Assembly: GCA_964352475.1 (NCBI GenBank)
Contig: CAYGSL010000002.1
Coordinates: 106,071 to 170,070, forward strand
From: an uncultured Pseudomonadales bacterium
Lineage (GTDB): Bacteria; Pseudomonadota; Gammaproteobacteria; Pseudomonadales; JAUIET01
Direction: 5' to 3'
DNA length: 64,000 nt
Positions 49,891 through 58,088 of the stretch are shown in pieces. The notes below the pieces were generated by a model. The model had not been told where the DNA came from and did not search any database. It saw nothing but the letters and a program-made list of their open reading frames with translations. How positions within the stretch are numbered: position 1 is the stretch's first letter; each line of letters begins with the position of its first letter. The position numbers were made by a program, and so were the translations under genes.

Positions 49891-50598
49891 CTATTTTTTC
49901 TGAATCCGAATCGATGACACGCTTTTGTTTTTACCTTCCATTTTGATTCTGCCATCTTTCTCCATGATGGTGCTATTGCCGTCAAAGTTGTTGTCTTTAT
50001 ACAAATACACCTTGTACTTGCTGTTCAGATCTATGTACTTCGCTTTGTCGTCCCAGCCATACGCTTCCAATATTCTGTACTCGCCAAATGGCAGGCATAA
50101 GGCGTGCTTGGTATTCTTCTTTTTTAAACTAGCCGCTGATTCGTAAAGGCAAACCGGATATCCGCCTCTTCCATCACTGTTCTTCCAGATGCGCACACCT
50201 TTCATGGCGCTTCGTCGAATATCAACCGGGCCACTTTTCGATACCGTGGTTTTTGTCATCGACCCCTTCGCATTCTTATGATGGATCTCGGCGGTATAGC
50301 CCTTCTTAACGCTAATGTATTGCACTGGTTTTGCATAAGCGCGCGCTATTTTAGTGATTTTCTTGAAGTTAGTATCACCACCACCCATTGCCTTGTAGCC
50401 ATGACCGCCCACCGTAAAACAGCTGCGCTCTGATTTCAGTTTTTGCTTACCCGCGTTTTCGTAGAAATACATGCACACAGGGTATCCATATTTTGGTTTG
50501 GCCGCGCTCGCCATTTGACTGGCGCTGGCGAGCATGACAAACAGCAAGCCAGTGTATGCCAGCAGATTTTTTTGGTTTAATAATCGTGTAAGTGTCAT
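49891..50598 (-). CDS. secreted lysine-rich protein with internal duplication (beta/gamma-crystallin-like Greek-key motif, tentative)
   Basis: 235 aa with a signal peptide (..MLASASQMASA). It has two related halves (GYPVCMYFYE..GVRIWKN and GYPVCLYESA..VYLYKDNNFDGNS..VSSIRIQ). The coding sequence is visibly AT-richer than its neighbours. Confidence 0.75.
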   Translation of the reverse strand: MTLTRLLNQKNLLAYTGLLFVMLASASQMASAAKPKYGYPVCMYFYENAGKQKLKSERSCFTVGGHGYKAMGGGDTNFKKITKIARAYAKPVQYISVKKGYTAEIHHKNAKGSMTKTTVSKSGPVDIRRSAMKGVRIWKNSDGRGGYPVCLYESAASLKKKNTKHALCLPFGEYRILEAYGWDDKAKYIDLNSKYKVYLYKDNNFDGNSTIMEKDGRIKMEGKNKSVSSIRIQKK

Positions 50599-50658
50599 CG
50601 CGATTCTCCTGTTGCGTGATTTGACACTTACAGTCTACGAGTCGATGCGAGACTAAGT

Positions 50659-50676
50659 ATGGGGTATCAACCCCAT
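50659..50676. promoter_or_regulatory. 7-4-7 palindrome ATGGGGT-ATCA-ACCCCAT (copy 1)
   Basis: Perfect inverted repeat. It lies 11 nt after the TonB-dependent receptor stop and 60 nt upstream of ATG 50598. The same half-sites recur at 53485-53502. Confidence 0.55.
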
Positions 50677-50687
50677 ATTGAGTGCAG

Positions 50688-52904
50688 TTAAAAAGAGAGT
50701 GTCAGCGAGATACCGACGCGGCGTGCAGACTCGCGCGCATAAAAAGACAAATAGCCACCCGCATCAACCGGGTTGTCGAAATGCGCCAGGGCAAAGCTCT
50801 TATTGAATACATTATCGGCATAAATTCGTATTCGAGTAAACGGCCTGGCAAGCGAGACGCCGAGATTCCAAACGCCAAACGCGCCTTCTTCGCGCAAGGC
50901 ATCGTTGTTGAAAGCCGTTTGCATAGAGGATTGCCAACGAAACAGAGAATCCAGGGCAAGTTCAAAGCCAGCGGGTTTTAAATCGAATGTATATCTTGCC
51001 ATCACATTAAGCTTCACATCCGGCGCAAAAGGCAGCGCTTCACCACGCAGATCACGCAATCCATTCGGGCATTCGCCGCGCTGCACTTCACCATTGCCGC
51101 ACAATACACCTTGCACATCGCCTATGCGTGCTTTGGTCCAATCAACAGCGGCTCGAACAAGCCAATTCTGGTACGCCCAGTCAGCCTCCAGTTCAATACC
51201 ATACGACTGAATATCCCCAGAATTAATCAACAATAATTTAGTACTGCCTGGTTCCTGGATTTGCGCCTGGTAGTTATCAAACTCGGTATGAAACGCTGTG
51301 GCGCCAAGCATTAGTTGCTGTCGTGCAAATAAGCGTTTATACGAAATTTCCCAGGATTCACCCCGTTCTTTGCCTACCGCGTCCAGCTCATCGGCATCCA
51401 TATCAAAGATCACATTGTAAGCGGGCGCTTTGTGACTTCGCGACCAGCGCAAATAACTTGAATAACTACCCTCAGGTCGATAATGCAAAGCGGCCTCAGC
51501 ATCCAGCGCGGTAGCGTCGTTTGAGTCACTGACATCGCTGAGTGCAGCAAGATTCTGCAAAGCAAACGCGTCTCGATCGGCGGTAAAACTGATGCGGGTA
51601 TCCGTATGGCGTAAACCGCTTTCCAAGCTCAGATCATCAGATAGCTCGAACGTGCCATGAGCGAATACGGCCAGTTTGCGTTGTGAGATGTCTGCCTGAA
51701 AGTTTGCCGGGGCGAGATTCAGAAATGCTCTGTCGTATTCTCTTGTGCGATCTTGCTGCTCGTAATAGGCGCCAAGCTGATAGTTAAAGGCCATGTCCCT
51801 GTTTGAGCTGTAGCGAAGCTCTTGCGAGAACTGTTCATGAGTGTCGTCGCCCGCACTGATTGGAATAAGGTCAATCGGCAGAAAATCGAAGTCTTGCGAT
51901 TCACGCTCGGAATACTTTGAGGCCGCGGTAACACTGTGCAGGATAGCTTCACTCTCAAACCTCTTCTCGATCGCCAGTCTCACGCTGCTAGCGCGTGAAT
52001 TGGCGAGAAACGCCGTATTAGTGTTAGACACACGGTTTTCCTCGCTGGCGATAACCGGCCGTAAAATAGCACCTATCTGCGCACTGCTTACTGATGTTAC
52101 AACCGGTGCGCAACAGTTTGCTTCGGCATTGTTGTGACTCACGTCCAGCGCCACTGAAAGCGACTCTGATGCTGCCCAGTCAAACTTGCTAATCAGTGAT
52201 GATTGCCTGCTGCCGTTGAGCGTTCGCTGGTTAAACGCATTACTAATAAAGCCTTCTGAATCGCTACTGAACAATCCGAATCGCACCCCGGTACTGTCTG
52301 ATATTGGGCCACCAAAAAAGGCGCTGCCTTCCAGTGCATCACTGTTAAAAGCGTTAACCGCGCTGGCATTCAGCTGCACTCGCCCCTGCCATTGATCGCC
52401 AGCGCGTGTGCTAAGCAGATTAATAACACCGGCTGCCGCATTGCGTCCAAAACGTGTCACTTGCGGACCACGCCATATCTCTACCCGATCAATGTCCAGC
52501 ACCGGCATCATGCTTTGCGCTGCGCCGCCGTGTGACACGCCGTCTGTGGTGGTAATCACAGATGGCTCTATTCCTGCGCTAAAAATAAGAGTGCCCAAAC
52601 CGCGAATGAGAAAGGCGGATTGGCGGTTGCTGAAACTCTGCAGTGCTGTCAGTGACGGGGCGAGTTTAACCAGCTCGCTGCTGTGAGAGATGTTTGCCTG
52701 GGCAAGAAGCTCAGCATCAAGTACGCTGAGCGCGCTGCTTACGTTGAGCTGCTCAAGCGCAATAGCTTCCGAGGTAACAAGCAGTTCTTCCGTGTTAAGC
52801 TCCTCGGCACTGGCACTCTGCGCAATACACAGTGCCAGTGACAGCGTGAGCAGACGATTATGGATACTCCGACTCTTCGTCGCCTTCGTCCGAGTCTTCT
52901 TCAT
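50688..52904 (-). CDS. TonB-dependent receptor
   Basis: It has a plug-domain sequence (IDRVEIWRGPQVTRFGRNAAAGVINL) and a C-terminal beta-barrel ending ..GISLTLSF. The most plausible start is ATG 52904 (MKKTRTKATKSRSIHNRLLTLSLALCIAQSASA), which overlaps the upstream gene by 47 nt. Confidence 0.88.
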   Translation of the reverse strand: MKKTRTKATKSRSIHNRLLTLSLALCIAQSASAEELNTEELLVTSEAIALEQLNVSSALSVLDAELLAQANISHSSELVKLAPSLTALQSFSNRQSAFLIRGLGTLIFSAGIEPSVITTTDGVSHGGAAQSMMPVLDIDRVEIWRGPQVTRFGRNAAAGVINLLSTRAGDQWQGRVQLNASAVNAFNSDALEGSAFFGGPISDSTGVRFGLFSSDSEGFISNAFNQRTLNGSRQSSLISKFDWAASESLSVALDVSHNNAEANCCAPVVTSVSSAQIGAILRPVIASEENRVSNTNTAFLANSRASSVRLAIEKRFESEAILHSVTAASKYSERESQDFDFLPIDLIPISAGDDTHEQFSQELRYSSNRDMAFNYQLGAYYEQQDRTREYDRAFLNLAPANFQADISQRKLAVFAHGTFELSDDLSLESGLRHTDTRISFTADRDAFALQNLAALSDVSDSNDATALDAEAALHYRPEGSYSSYLRWSRSHKAPAYNVIFDMDADELDAVGKERGESWEISYKRLFARQQLMLGATAFHTEFDNYQAQIQEPGSTKLLLINSGDIQSYGIELEADWAYQNWLVRAAVDWTKARIGDVQGVLCGNGEVQRGECPNGLRDLRGEALPFAPDVKLNVMARYTFDLKPAGFELALDSLFRWQSSMQTAFNNDALREEGAFGVWNLGVSLARPFTRIRIYADNVFNKSFALAHFDNPVDAGGYLSFYARESARRVGISLTLSF

Positions 52905-53421
52905 CCAACTCGCTGTCGTCCTCGTCCTCTTCGTTACCGACTCTGTCTTTTCCATCCCTGTCTTGTTCAAACCAGTTTCTATCTTCCAGGTCAACAGCTG
53001 CCAATACGTATCTTATTGGTCCCAGGGGCGCCATTACCGTGACATCGAGGTTACCCGATGCATTGGCTTTAAAGGTGGCGGTACCGAGTAGTGGCAAGTC
53101 GTTGCCACTGTATTCACCTGCTCCGGTTTTCACAATATCTTTTATTACCACCATATTGGGTTGTACCTGCAACACAAACAAGTGCAGCCAGCTGTCAACG
53201 GCGTAAGCCCGACCACGCTCAATACGAATGCGTTTATTAATCGATGTGATGTTCCAGACACCATCCAAAGGCATGGCTTCTGAAGTGGGCGGTACGGTAT
53301 GCGACAAAGGCAAAAACGCTGGTATTTGTGGAATACCGGTTTGAGCGTACGCAAAGCTACTACTCATTAAGGCGAGCAAAAATGCGATAATGGTTTTGAA
53401 GTTTCTGAGTTGGGTGGCCAT
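52858..53421 (-). CDS. secreted hypothetical protein with strongly acidic C-terminal tail
   Basis: ATG 53421 is preceded by ggaga. The signal peptide is MATQLRNFKTIIAFLLALMSSSFAYA. The C-terminus is NEEDEDDSELDEEDSDEGDEESEYP. Confidence 0.7.
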   Translation of the reverse strand: MATQLRNFKTIIAFLLALMSSSFAYAQTGIPQIPAFLPLSHTVPPTSEAMPLDGVWNITSINKRIRIERGRAYAVDSWLHLFVLQVQPNMVVIKDIVKTGAGEYSGNDLPLLGTATFKANASGNLDVTVMAPLGPIRYVLAAVDLEDRNWFEQDRDGKDRVGNEEDEDDSELDEEDSDEGDEESEYP

Positions 53422-53484
53422 TGTGTTCTCCAGGTCTTTTCTGTGATGCTGGGAACAAGTGTGAACTGAGGAGAATAAAAGCGT

Positions 53485-53502
53485 ATGGGGTATGCACCCC
53501 AT
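53485..53502. promoter_or_regulatory. 7-4-7 palindrome ATGGGGT-ATGC-ACCCCAT (copy 2); alternatively the response-regulator gene terminator
   Basis: Perfect inverted repeat. It lies 43 nt after the response-regulator stop and 63 nt upstream of ATG 53421. On the minus strand it is followed by acgcttttattc. Confidence 0.55.
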
Positions 53503-53545
53503 TTGCAGGGGGCCCTCAGTAGACCAGTATTGTTATGCGCGGAAA

Positions 53546-54262
53546 CTATTTATGGGAAACACGATGGCCATCATCAAGCAAGCCTTCACGCAAGGCCAGA
53601 GCTATCAGCTCTACGACCGAGTGCACACCCAGCTTGCTCATCATGCTAGTGCGATGTTTATCAACGGTTTTTGCGCTGACGCTCATGGCATCGGCAATTT
53701 CGCGGTTGCTTTTCCCGGCGACCACCATATTCAGTGTTTGTCGCTCGCGCGGCGTCAGCGAGCCAAGCGCACTTTGTGTTTCAAGAATGCGACTAAAGCG
53801 AGGCGAAACATACGTGGAGCCATCAAGGATAATGGGCAGTTTATCCAGCAACTCTTCAATAGGATCTGCTTTGGAGAACAAACCGCGCACGCCGTCTTCG
53901 ACCAGGCCCAGCAGCAAGCCGGCTGTTTCCACACCCGTGAATACGACCGTATTTGTGTCTGCACTCCAACGCCGGATATCATTCACAATCTGCGCACCCG
54001 AGGCCAATGGCATAGCAACGTCAAGCAGCAGCAAGTCGGGTTTGTGTTGCTTAACAGCCGCAACTGCTTCAAAGCCATTTTCCGCATGCGCCAACACGCG
54101 CAAGCCTTTAACAGCAACCCGTCCAGGACGGCTGAGGGCGTCGTCAAGCGCGTTTCGAATAATGGCGTGATCGTCGGCAATAACAACTGTTTTATCGCCG
54201 TGAATCAATGAATGTGCGCCCAACAGAAACCTCTTTGCTATGAGTAAGTTCGCTGCTACCAC
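53546..54262 (-). CDS. NarL/FixJ (LuxR-type HTH) response regulator
   Basis: It has a receiver domain (VVIADDH..LLLLDVAMP) and a LuxR HTH (LTPRERQTLNMVVAGKSNREIADAMSVSAKTVDKHR). The ORF-track start at 54262 would overlap the divergent kinase gene, so TTG 54208 is an alternative start. Confidence 0.88.
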   Translation of the reverse strand: MVAANLLIAKRFLLGAHSLIHGDKTVVIADDHAIIRNALDDALSRPGRVAVKGLRVLAHAENGFEAVAAVKQHKPDLLLLDVAMPLASGAQIVNDIRRWSADTNTVVFTGVETAGLLLGLVEDGVRGLFSKADPIEELLDKLPIILDGSTYVSPRFSRILETQSALGSLTPRERQTLNMVVAGKSNREIADAMSVSAKTVDKHRTSMMSKLGVHSVVELIALALREGLLDDGHRVSHK

Positions 54263-55799
54263 CTTTGGAATTCTTGTATTGGTGTCGTTGTCAGCCAGCG
54301 CAGCACAGACTATATCGTATTACGAACAGCAACTGCAAAGTGTAGCGATTACCGCCATATTTTATGCAAGTTCTATCGTGTTGTTGCTGGTGTTTGCGCT
54401 ATTCAATGTGGCGTCACGAAATGGCTTTGGTCTGTGGTATACGCTGCAGTTTATGCTGGGCTTGTTTCTGGTGGCCTGCGTCGACGGTACCGCTTCACGG
54501 TTGCTGTGGCCGGGTAATCCAGAGCTTGCGAACTGGATACCGCTGACCACCTTACTGGCGTTAAATGGCAACGGCTTGTTATTAGCGGTTGCCGCCTCTG
54601 AGGGTCAGCCACCGGTTCTAATGAAAAAGCTCAGTGGTGTTTTTCAGATAATGGGCATTATCAGTTTTGTCTGTATTGCGCTGATCCCTGTTGTGCCGAT
54701 TATTTTGCTCGCGCTAATTGCCAATATCTTGTTTATACCGATGGTGTTATCACAGTTATTATCCGCTATGAGCTGGCGGCCAAGTGGCCAGCATCCTGGC
54801 GAGCGTCAGTTCGCCTACGCCGGCCGGTTTTCTCGAATCACAGGCTTGCTGTTTATGCTAGCCGTGTTGGTTATATGTGCCGTGGCCTGGCATCAAATGA
54901 GCAAGGATACGTTTTCCTACGCGGAACTAAGCTATACCGCGGTACGGCTGGTGTACGCGCTATTGTCATTCAGCCTGGTTGCCACGTACATGGCGCATAT
55001 TATTGGTATACGAAAAGATCATGAGGAAGCATTGCAACGTGAATTGCAAACGGCACGTAGAGCCGCTCTTATCAGTGAAGAGAAATTGCAGGCCGAACGC
55101 GAATTTACGCGCATGCGCGAACTGGCAGCGCAACGTCGTGCCAGGTTGTCTGAAGCCAGCCATGATATTCGCCAACCGCTTGTGTCGCTTAGACTCACGC
55201 TGGACAAGCTAAAGCACGCGGTTGATCTGGACGACGACATTGAGTATCAGCAGGCATTGAGCTACATAGACCGTCTTGCTGATAGCTTTGCGTCTACCGA
55301 TTCAGACTCTGACAATGCGCCGATTGAGGCAAGTGCATCGGATTCGCAGAGCGAAGTAATGCCTTTGAATCTGCTACTGCAAACAATGACGCAAATGTTT
55401 GCAGAAGAGGCCAAGAGTAAAGACATACAGCTGCGTACCGTACCCACGTCAATGCAAGCCCTGGTTAATCCGGTTGCTGTGATGCGAATTACGTCGAATA
55501 TGGTATCGAATGCCATTGAGCATTCCGGCTCGCAACGAATCCTGATTGCGTGCCGCCGCGATGGCAACAGGGTTCGTATTGAAGTGTGTGATCAGGGTAG
55601 CGGCGTTAGTGCCGAACAATTTGAACAACTGAAACTGCGCGGTGTGAAGGGTGACGACTCTACCGGTCAGGGGATTGGCCTGACCAGCTGCTTTGAGCTA
55701 GCGGAACAAAACCACTATCCGTTTGGTGTAAGACGTTCACCATTGATCGCAAGCTGCTTTTTTCTGAGTGTGCCGCGACACCCAGGCAAACCGCACTAA
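54240..55799 (+). CDS. sensor histidine kinase with multi-pass (about 7 TM) N-terminal domain
   Basis: 519 aa. About seven hydrophobic helices are followed by a coiled linker, the H-box EASHDIRQPL and an HATPase region (NAIEHS..DQGSG..GIGL). Confidence 0.88.
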   Translation: MSKFAATTFGILVLVSLSASAAQTISYYEQQLQSVAITAIFYASSIVLLLVFALFNVASRNGFGLWYTLQFMLGLFLVACVDGTASRLLWPGNPELANWIPLTTLLALNGNGLLLAVAASEGQPPVLMKKLSGVFQIMGIISFVCIALIPVVPIILLALIANILFIPMVLSQLLSAMSWRPSGQHPGERQFAYAGRFSRITGLLFMLAVLVICAVAWHQMSKDTFSYAELSYTAVRLVYALLSFSLVATYMAHIIGIRKDHEEALQRELQTARRAALISEEKLQAEREFTRMRELAAQRRARLSEASHDIRQPLVSLRLTLDKLKHAVDLDDDIEYQQALSYIDRLADSFASTDSDSDNAPIEASASDSQSEVMPLNLLLQTMTQMFAEEAKSKDIQLRTVPTSMQALVNPVAVMRITSNMVSNAIEHSGSQRILIACRRDGNRVRIEVCDQGSGVSAEQFEQLKLRGVKGDDSTGQGIGLTSCFELAEQNHYPFGVRRSPLIASCFFLSVPRHPGKPH

Positions 55800-56779
55800 A
55801 GCTCGGCGATGACAGTCGGTTTTTTATTCCGAAGCATTTCGGCAATTTCAGGCAACAAAGTACGTGCTCTTTTATGCCCTTGCTCAGCCGCTTTTAACAG
55901 CCAGCGATACGCTTCCTGCACATCTTTTTTACCACCGGTGCCGCGCGCGCGACACACACCAATATTATACTGAGCCTTAATATGGCCAAAGTTTGCAGCC
56001 TGCTCAAAGTAAGTGACCGCCAGGCGATGATTAATGGCCACACCGTCGCCTTTCATGTAACGCACCGCTCGAGCGTATTTTTGCTCGGCAGTAGCAGGCA
56101 CGGCTTGTTTGGGCGCGTTCGGCTTGGTCAGTGACAAGCCTCGTTCAATACGCTTGGCCATATCCATACTGGCTTCAATGTGGCGCATGCGGGATATTCG
56201 CTCTGGGTCAGGCGTAGGCAGCTGAATCAGGTTGTTGCGGGCATTCCTGGATTTTACGAATTGTGTTTCCTTGTTCGCCCTGGTCAGTGCTACATCTTTC
56301 TCTTTGATTTCCTGCGCAGCCTCCACCAGTTTTGCTTGCAGGGAAACGAGCTGTGCTTTGTCAGCACTGTGCGCTTTCACTAGTTGCTCCAGCACGTCAA
56401 TTCTCGCTAAGTCCTTTTCTCGTCTTGCGTTCTGAATGCGCAAGGCCCTGCGGGCGGCGGCCAGCTTTTTTGTGGCATTTTGCAAGCGACTGCGCAGAAT
56501 TTTATTTTGTATCTGTGCGTTTTGCCCGGGCGGATTAAATCTGGGTGTAGATGCTGTTTTGGTCTTCGCGGCTTTCGCATCAACAACAAACATATCGATC
56601 ATGCAGGACCGGCAAAAAAAGCGAAGCTTTACCTTGTGTCTTTTATCCAGGTGGGACGGTTCCGAGCGCAGAATTCTCTCGGAATTGCAAAATGCACAGC
56701 GCTTGGGAATGTAGTCAATCGTGACTGACGAGGGCTTGTTGGCAATACGTTCCAGGAATTTCATGCATGTGTCCGTCAA
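55796..56779 (-). CDS. Sel1-repeat protein with N-terminal CxxC...CxxC zinc-ribbon-like motif and coiled coil
   Basis: 327 aa. It has CAFCNS...CRSCM, then a long K/R/A/Q-rich helical stretch, then Sel1-like repeats (YMKGDGVAINHRLAVTYFEQAANFGHIKAQYNIG..AYRWLLKAAEQGH). Confidence 0.8.
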   Translation of the reverse strand: MTDTCMKFLERIANKPSSVTIDYIPKRCAFCNSERILRSEPSHLDKRHKVKLRFFCRSCMIDMFVVDAKAAKTKTASTPRFNPPGQNAQIQNKILRSRLQNATKKLAAARRALRIQNARREKDLARIDVLEQLVKAHSADKAQLVSLQAKLVEAAQEIKEKDVALTRANKETQFVKSRNARNNLIQLPTPDPERISRMRHIEASMDMAKRIERGLSLTKPNAPKQAVPATAEQKYARAVRYMKGDGVAINHRLAVTYFEQAANFGHIKAQYNIGVCRARGTGGKKDVQEAYRWLLKAAEQGHKRARTLLPEIAEMLRNKKPTVIAEL

Positions 56780-56881
56780 GCGCGAGGCTTTGCCGACCTT
56801 ATGGGTACAACTGATGGTAAATCAATCAGAACCAATAGTACATATATTGAGCAACTTAAGCAGTCACTCCGGGCCAATGGC

Positions 56882-57220
56882 TCAGTCAGGCAGACCTTTC
56901 GGCGGACTGGTGCGAACGCTAAGACGATTTACACCGTCGCCGGGTTGGCCCACCATTTCGTCATAGGCGCTCTGATGCACAAGCCGGTACTCGCCGACAT
57001 CGCAGCCCAGTAGCAACTGCTTCAGTGCTTCGGCGTTGCCGCGCCGAATACTGGCGCCGTGGTCCAGAACCAGGTATTCGCTGTTACCGATAAACACCCG
57101 CATCGTGTACAAGGACGGTGTGATCGACAATATCTCAACTTTGTCGATATACCGTTGTTGCTTCAAGCTGTTCAGTCGAATCGACTTCACCAATCCACCC
57201 AGTGCATTGTCATCTGTCAT
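56882..57220 (-). CDS. hypothetical protein
   Basis: The likely start is ATG 57220 (MTDDNALGGLVKS..). I cannot name the family confidently. Confidence 0.55.
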   Translation of the reverse strand: MTDDNALGGLVKSIRLNSLKQQRYIDKVEILSITPSLYTMRVFIGNSEYLVLDHGASIRRGNAEALKQLLLGCDVGEYRLVHQSAYDEMVGQPGDGVNRLSVRTSPPKGLPD

Positions 57221-57309
57221 AAACTCGGTAACTTGTACTATTACGCACGCTTGTTGCACGCGGATCAAGCCCTGCTGATCCGCTCAGTGAATAGACACGG
57301 TTTAAAACG

Positions 57310-58080
57310 ATGAACAACGAACCATCAATAGCGCACCCGCGCAGCATGTTTGACTGGCTTGGCAACGTATTTGCGCTGCTGCTAACGGTCGCGGTGAACG
57401 CGCTTGCGAACATTTTGCCGCTGGCGGGTCTGACAACCGGTGAGGTGTCGGCGCTTTATCCATCCTTGTTTACCCCGGCCGGCTACACCTTCGCGATCTG
57501 GTCATTGATTTACCTCGCCTTAACAGCGTTTGTTGTTTACCAGGCGATACCGTCGCAGCGCAGCAATGCAAGGCTTGCAAGCATAAGCAACAGGTTCAAA
57601 GTAAGCTGCGCGGCAAACTGCGTGTGGATTGTGCTCTGGCACTATCAGTTGATTGCGCTAACCCTGCTAATGATGCTGCTGCTTTTGGCCAGTTTGGTCG
57701 TGATTTATCGACAATTAAACGCGTCATCAAAACCGGCCAGTGCGCGAGAGCGGTGGCTGGTGGAGGCGCCTTTCAGTCTCTATTTGGGCTGGATTAGCGT
57801 AGCAACCATTGCCAACATCAGCGCGGTTCAAACCGCACTGGCCCTGAATGATGCCGGATTGTCGGCCGTCGTATGGACGGTGCTGAAACTTGCTCTGGCT
57901 GGCTTGATCGCTGCGGTGGTTAGCAGGCGCTACCACGACGGGGTTTATGCATTGGTGTTTGTCTGGGCTGCTCTTGGTATTGCTACCGCCCAGGCGGCAA
58001 ACACCGCGGTGCTTATTGCGTCTCTTGCTTTAGCCGCGTGCAGCCTGGTGTTGGCTATACACGCATTTCGGGCGTCCTAA
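57310..58080 (+). CDS. polytopic membrane protein (TspO/MBR-related, tentative)
   Basis: 256 aa with about 7 hydrophobic helices. NALANILPLAGLTTGEVSALYPSLFTPAGYTFAIWSLIY resembles the long TspO-related proteins as I recall them. Confidence 0.75.
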   Translation: MNNEPSIAHPRSMFDWLGNVFALLLTVAVNALANILPLAGLTTGEVSALYPSLFTPAGYTFAIWSLIYLALTAFVVYQAIPSQRSNARLASISNRFKVSCAANCVWIVLWHYQLIALTLLMMLLLLASLVVIYRQLNASSKPASARERWLVEAPFSLYLGWISVATIANISAVQTALALNDAGLSAVVWTVLKLALAGLIAAVVSRRYHDGVYALVFVWAALGIATAQAANTAVLIASLALAACSLVLAIHAFRAS

Positions 58081-58088
58081 ATCGGCTA

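Noticed and set aside
53492-54211. 239-aa and 211-aa plus-strand ORFs.
   Set aside because: They are antisense to the response-regulator gene, whose receiver and LuxR-HTH motifs are unambiguous.
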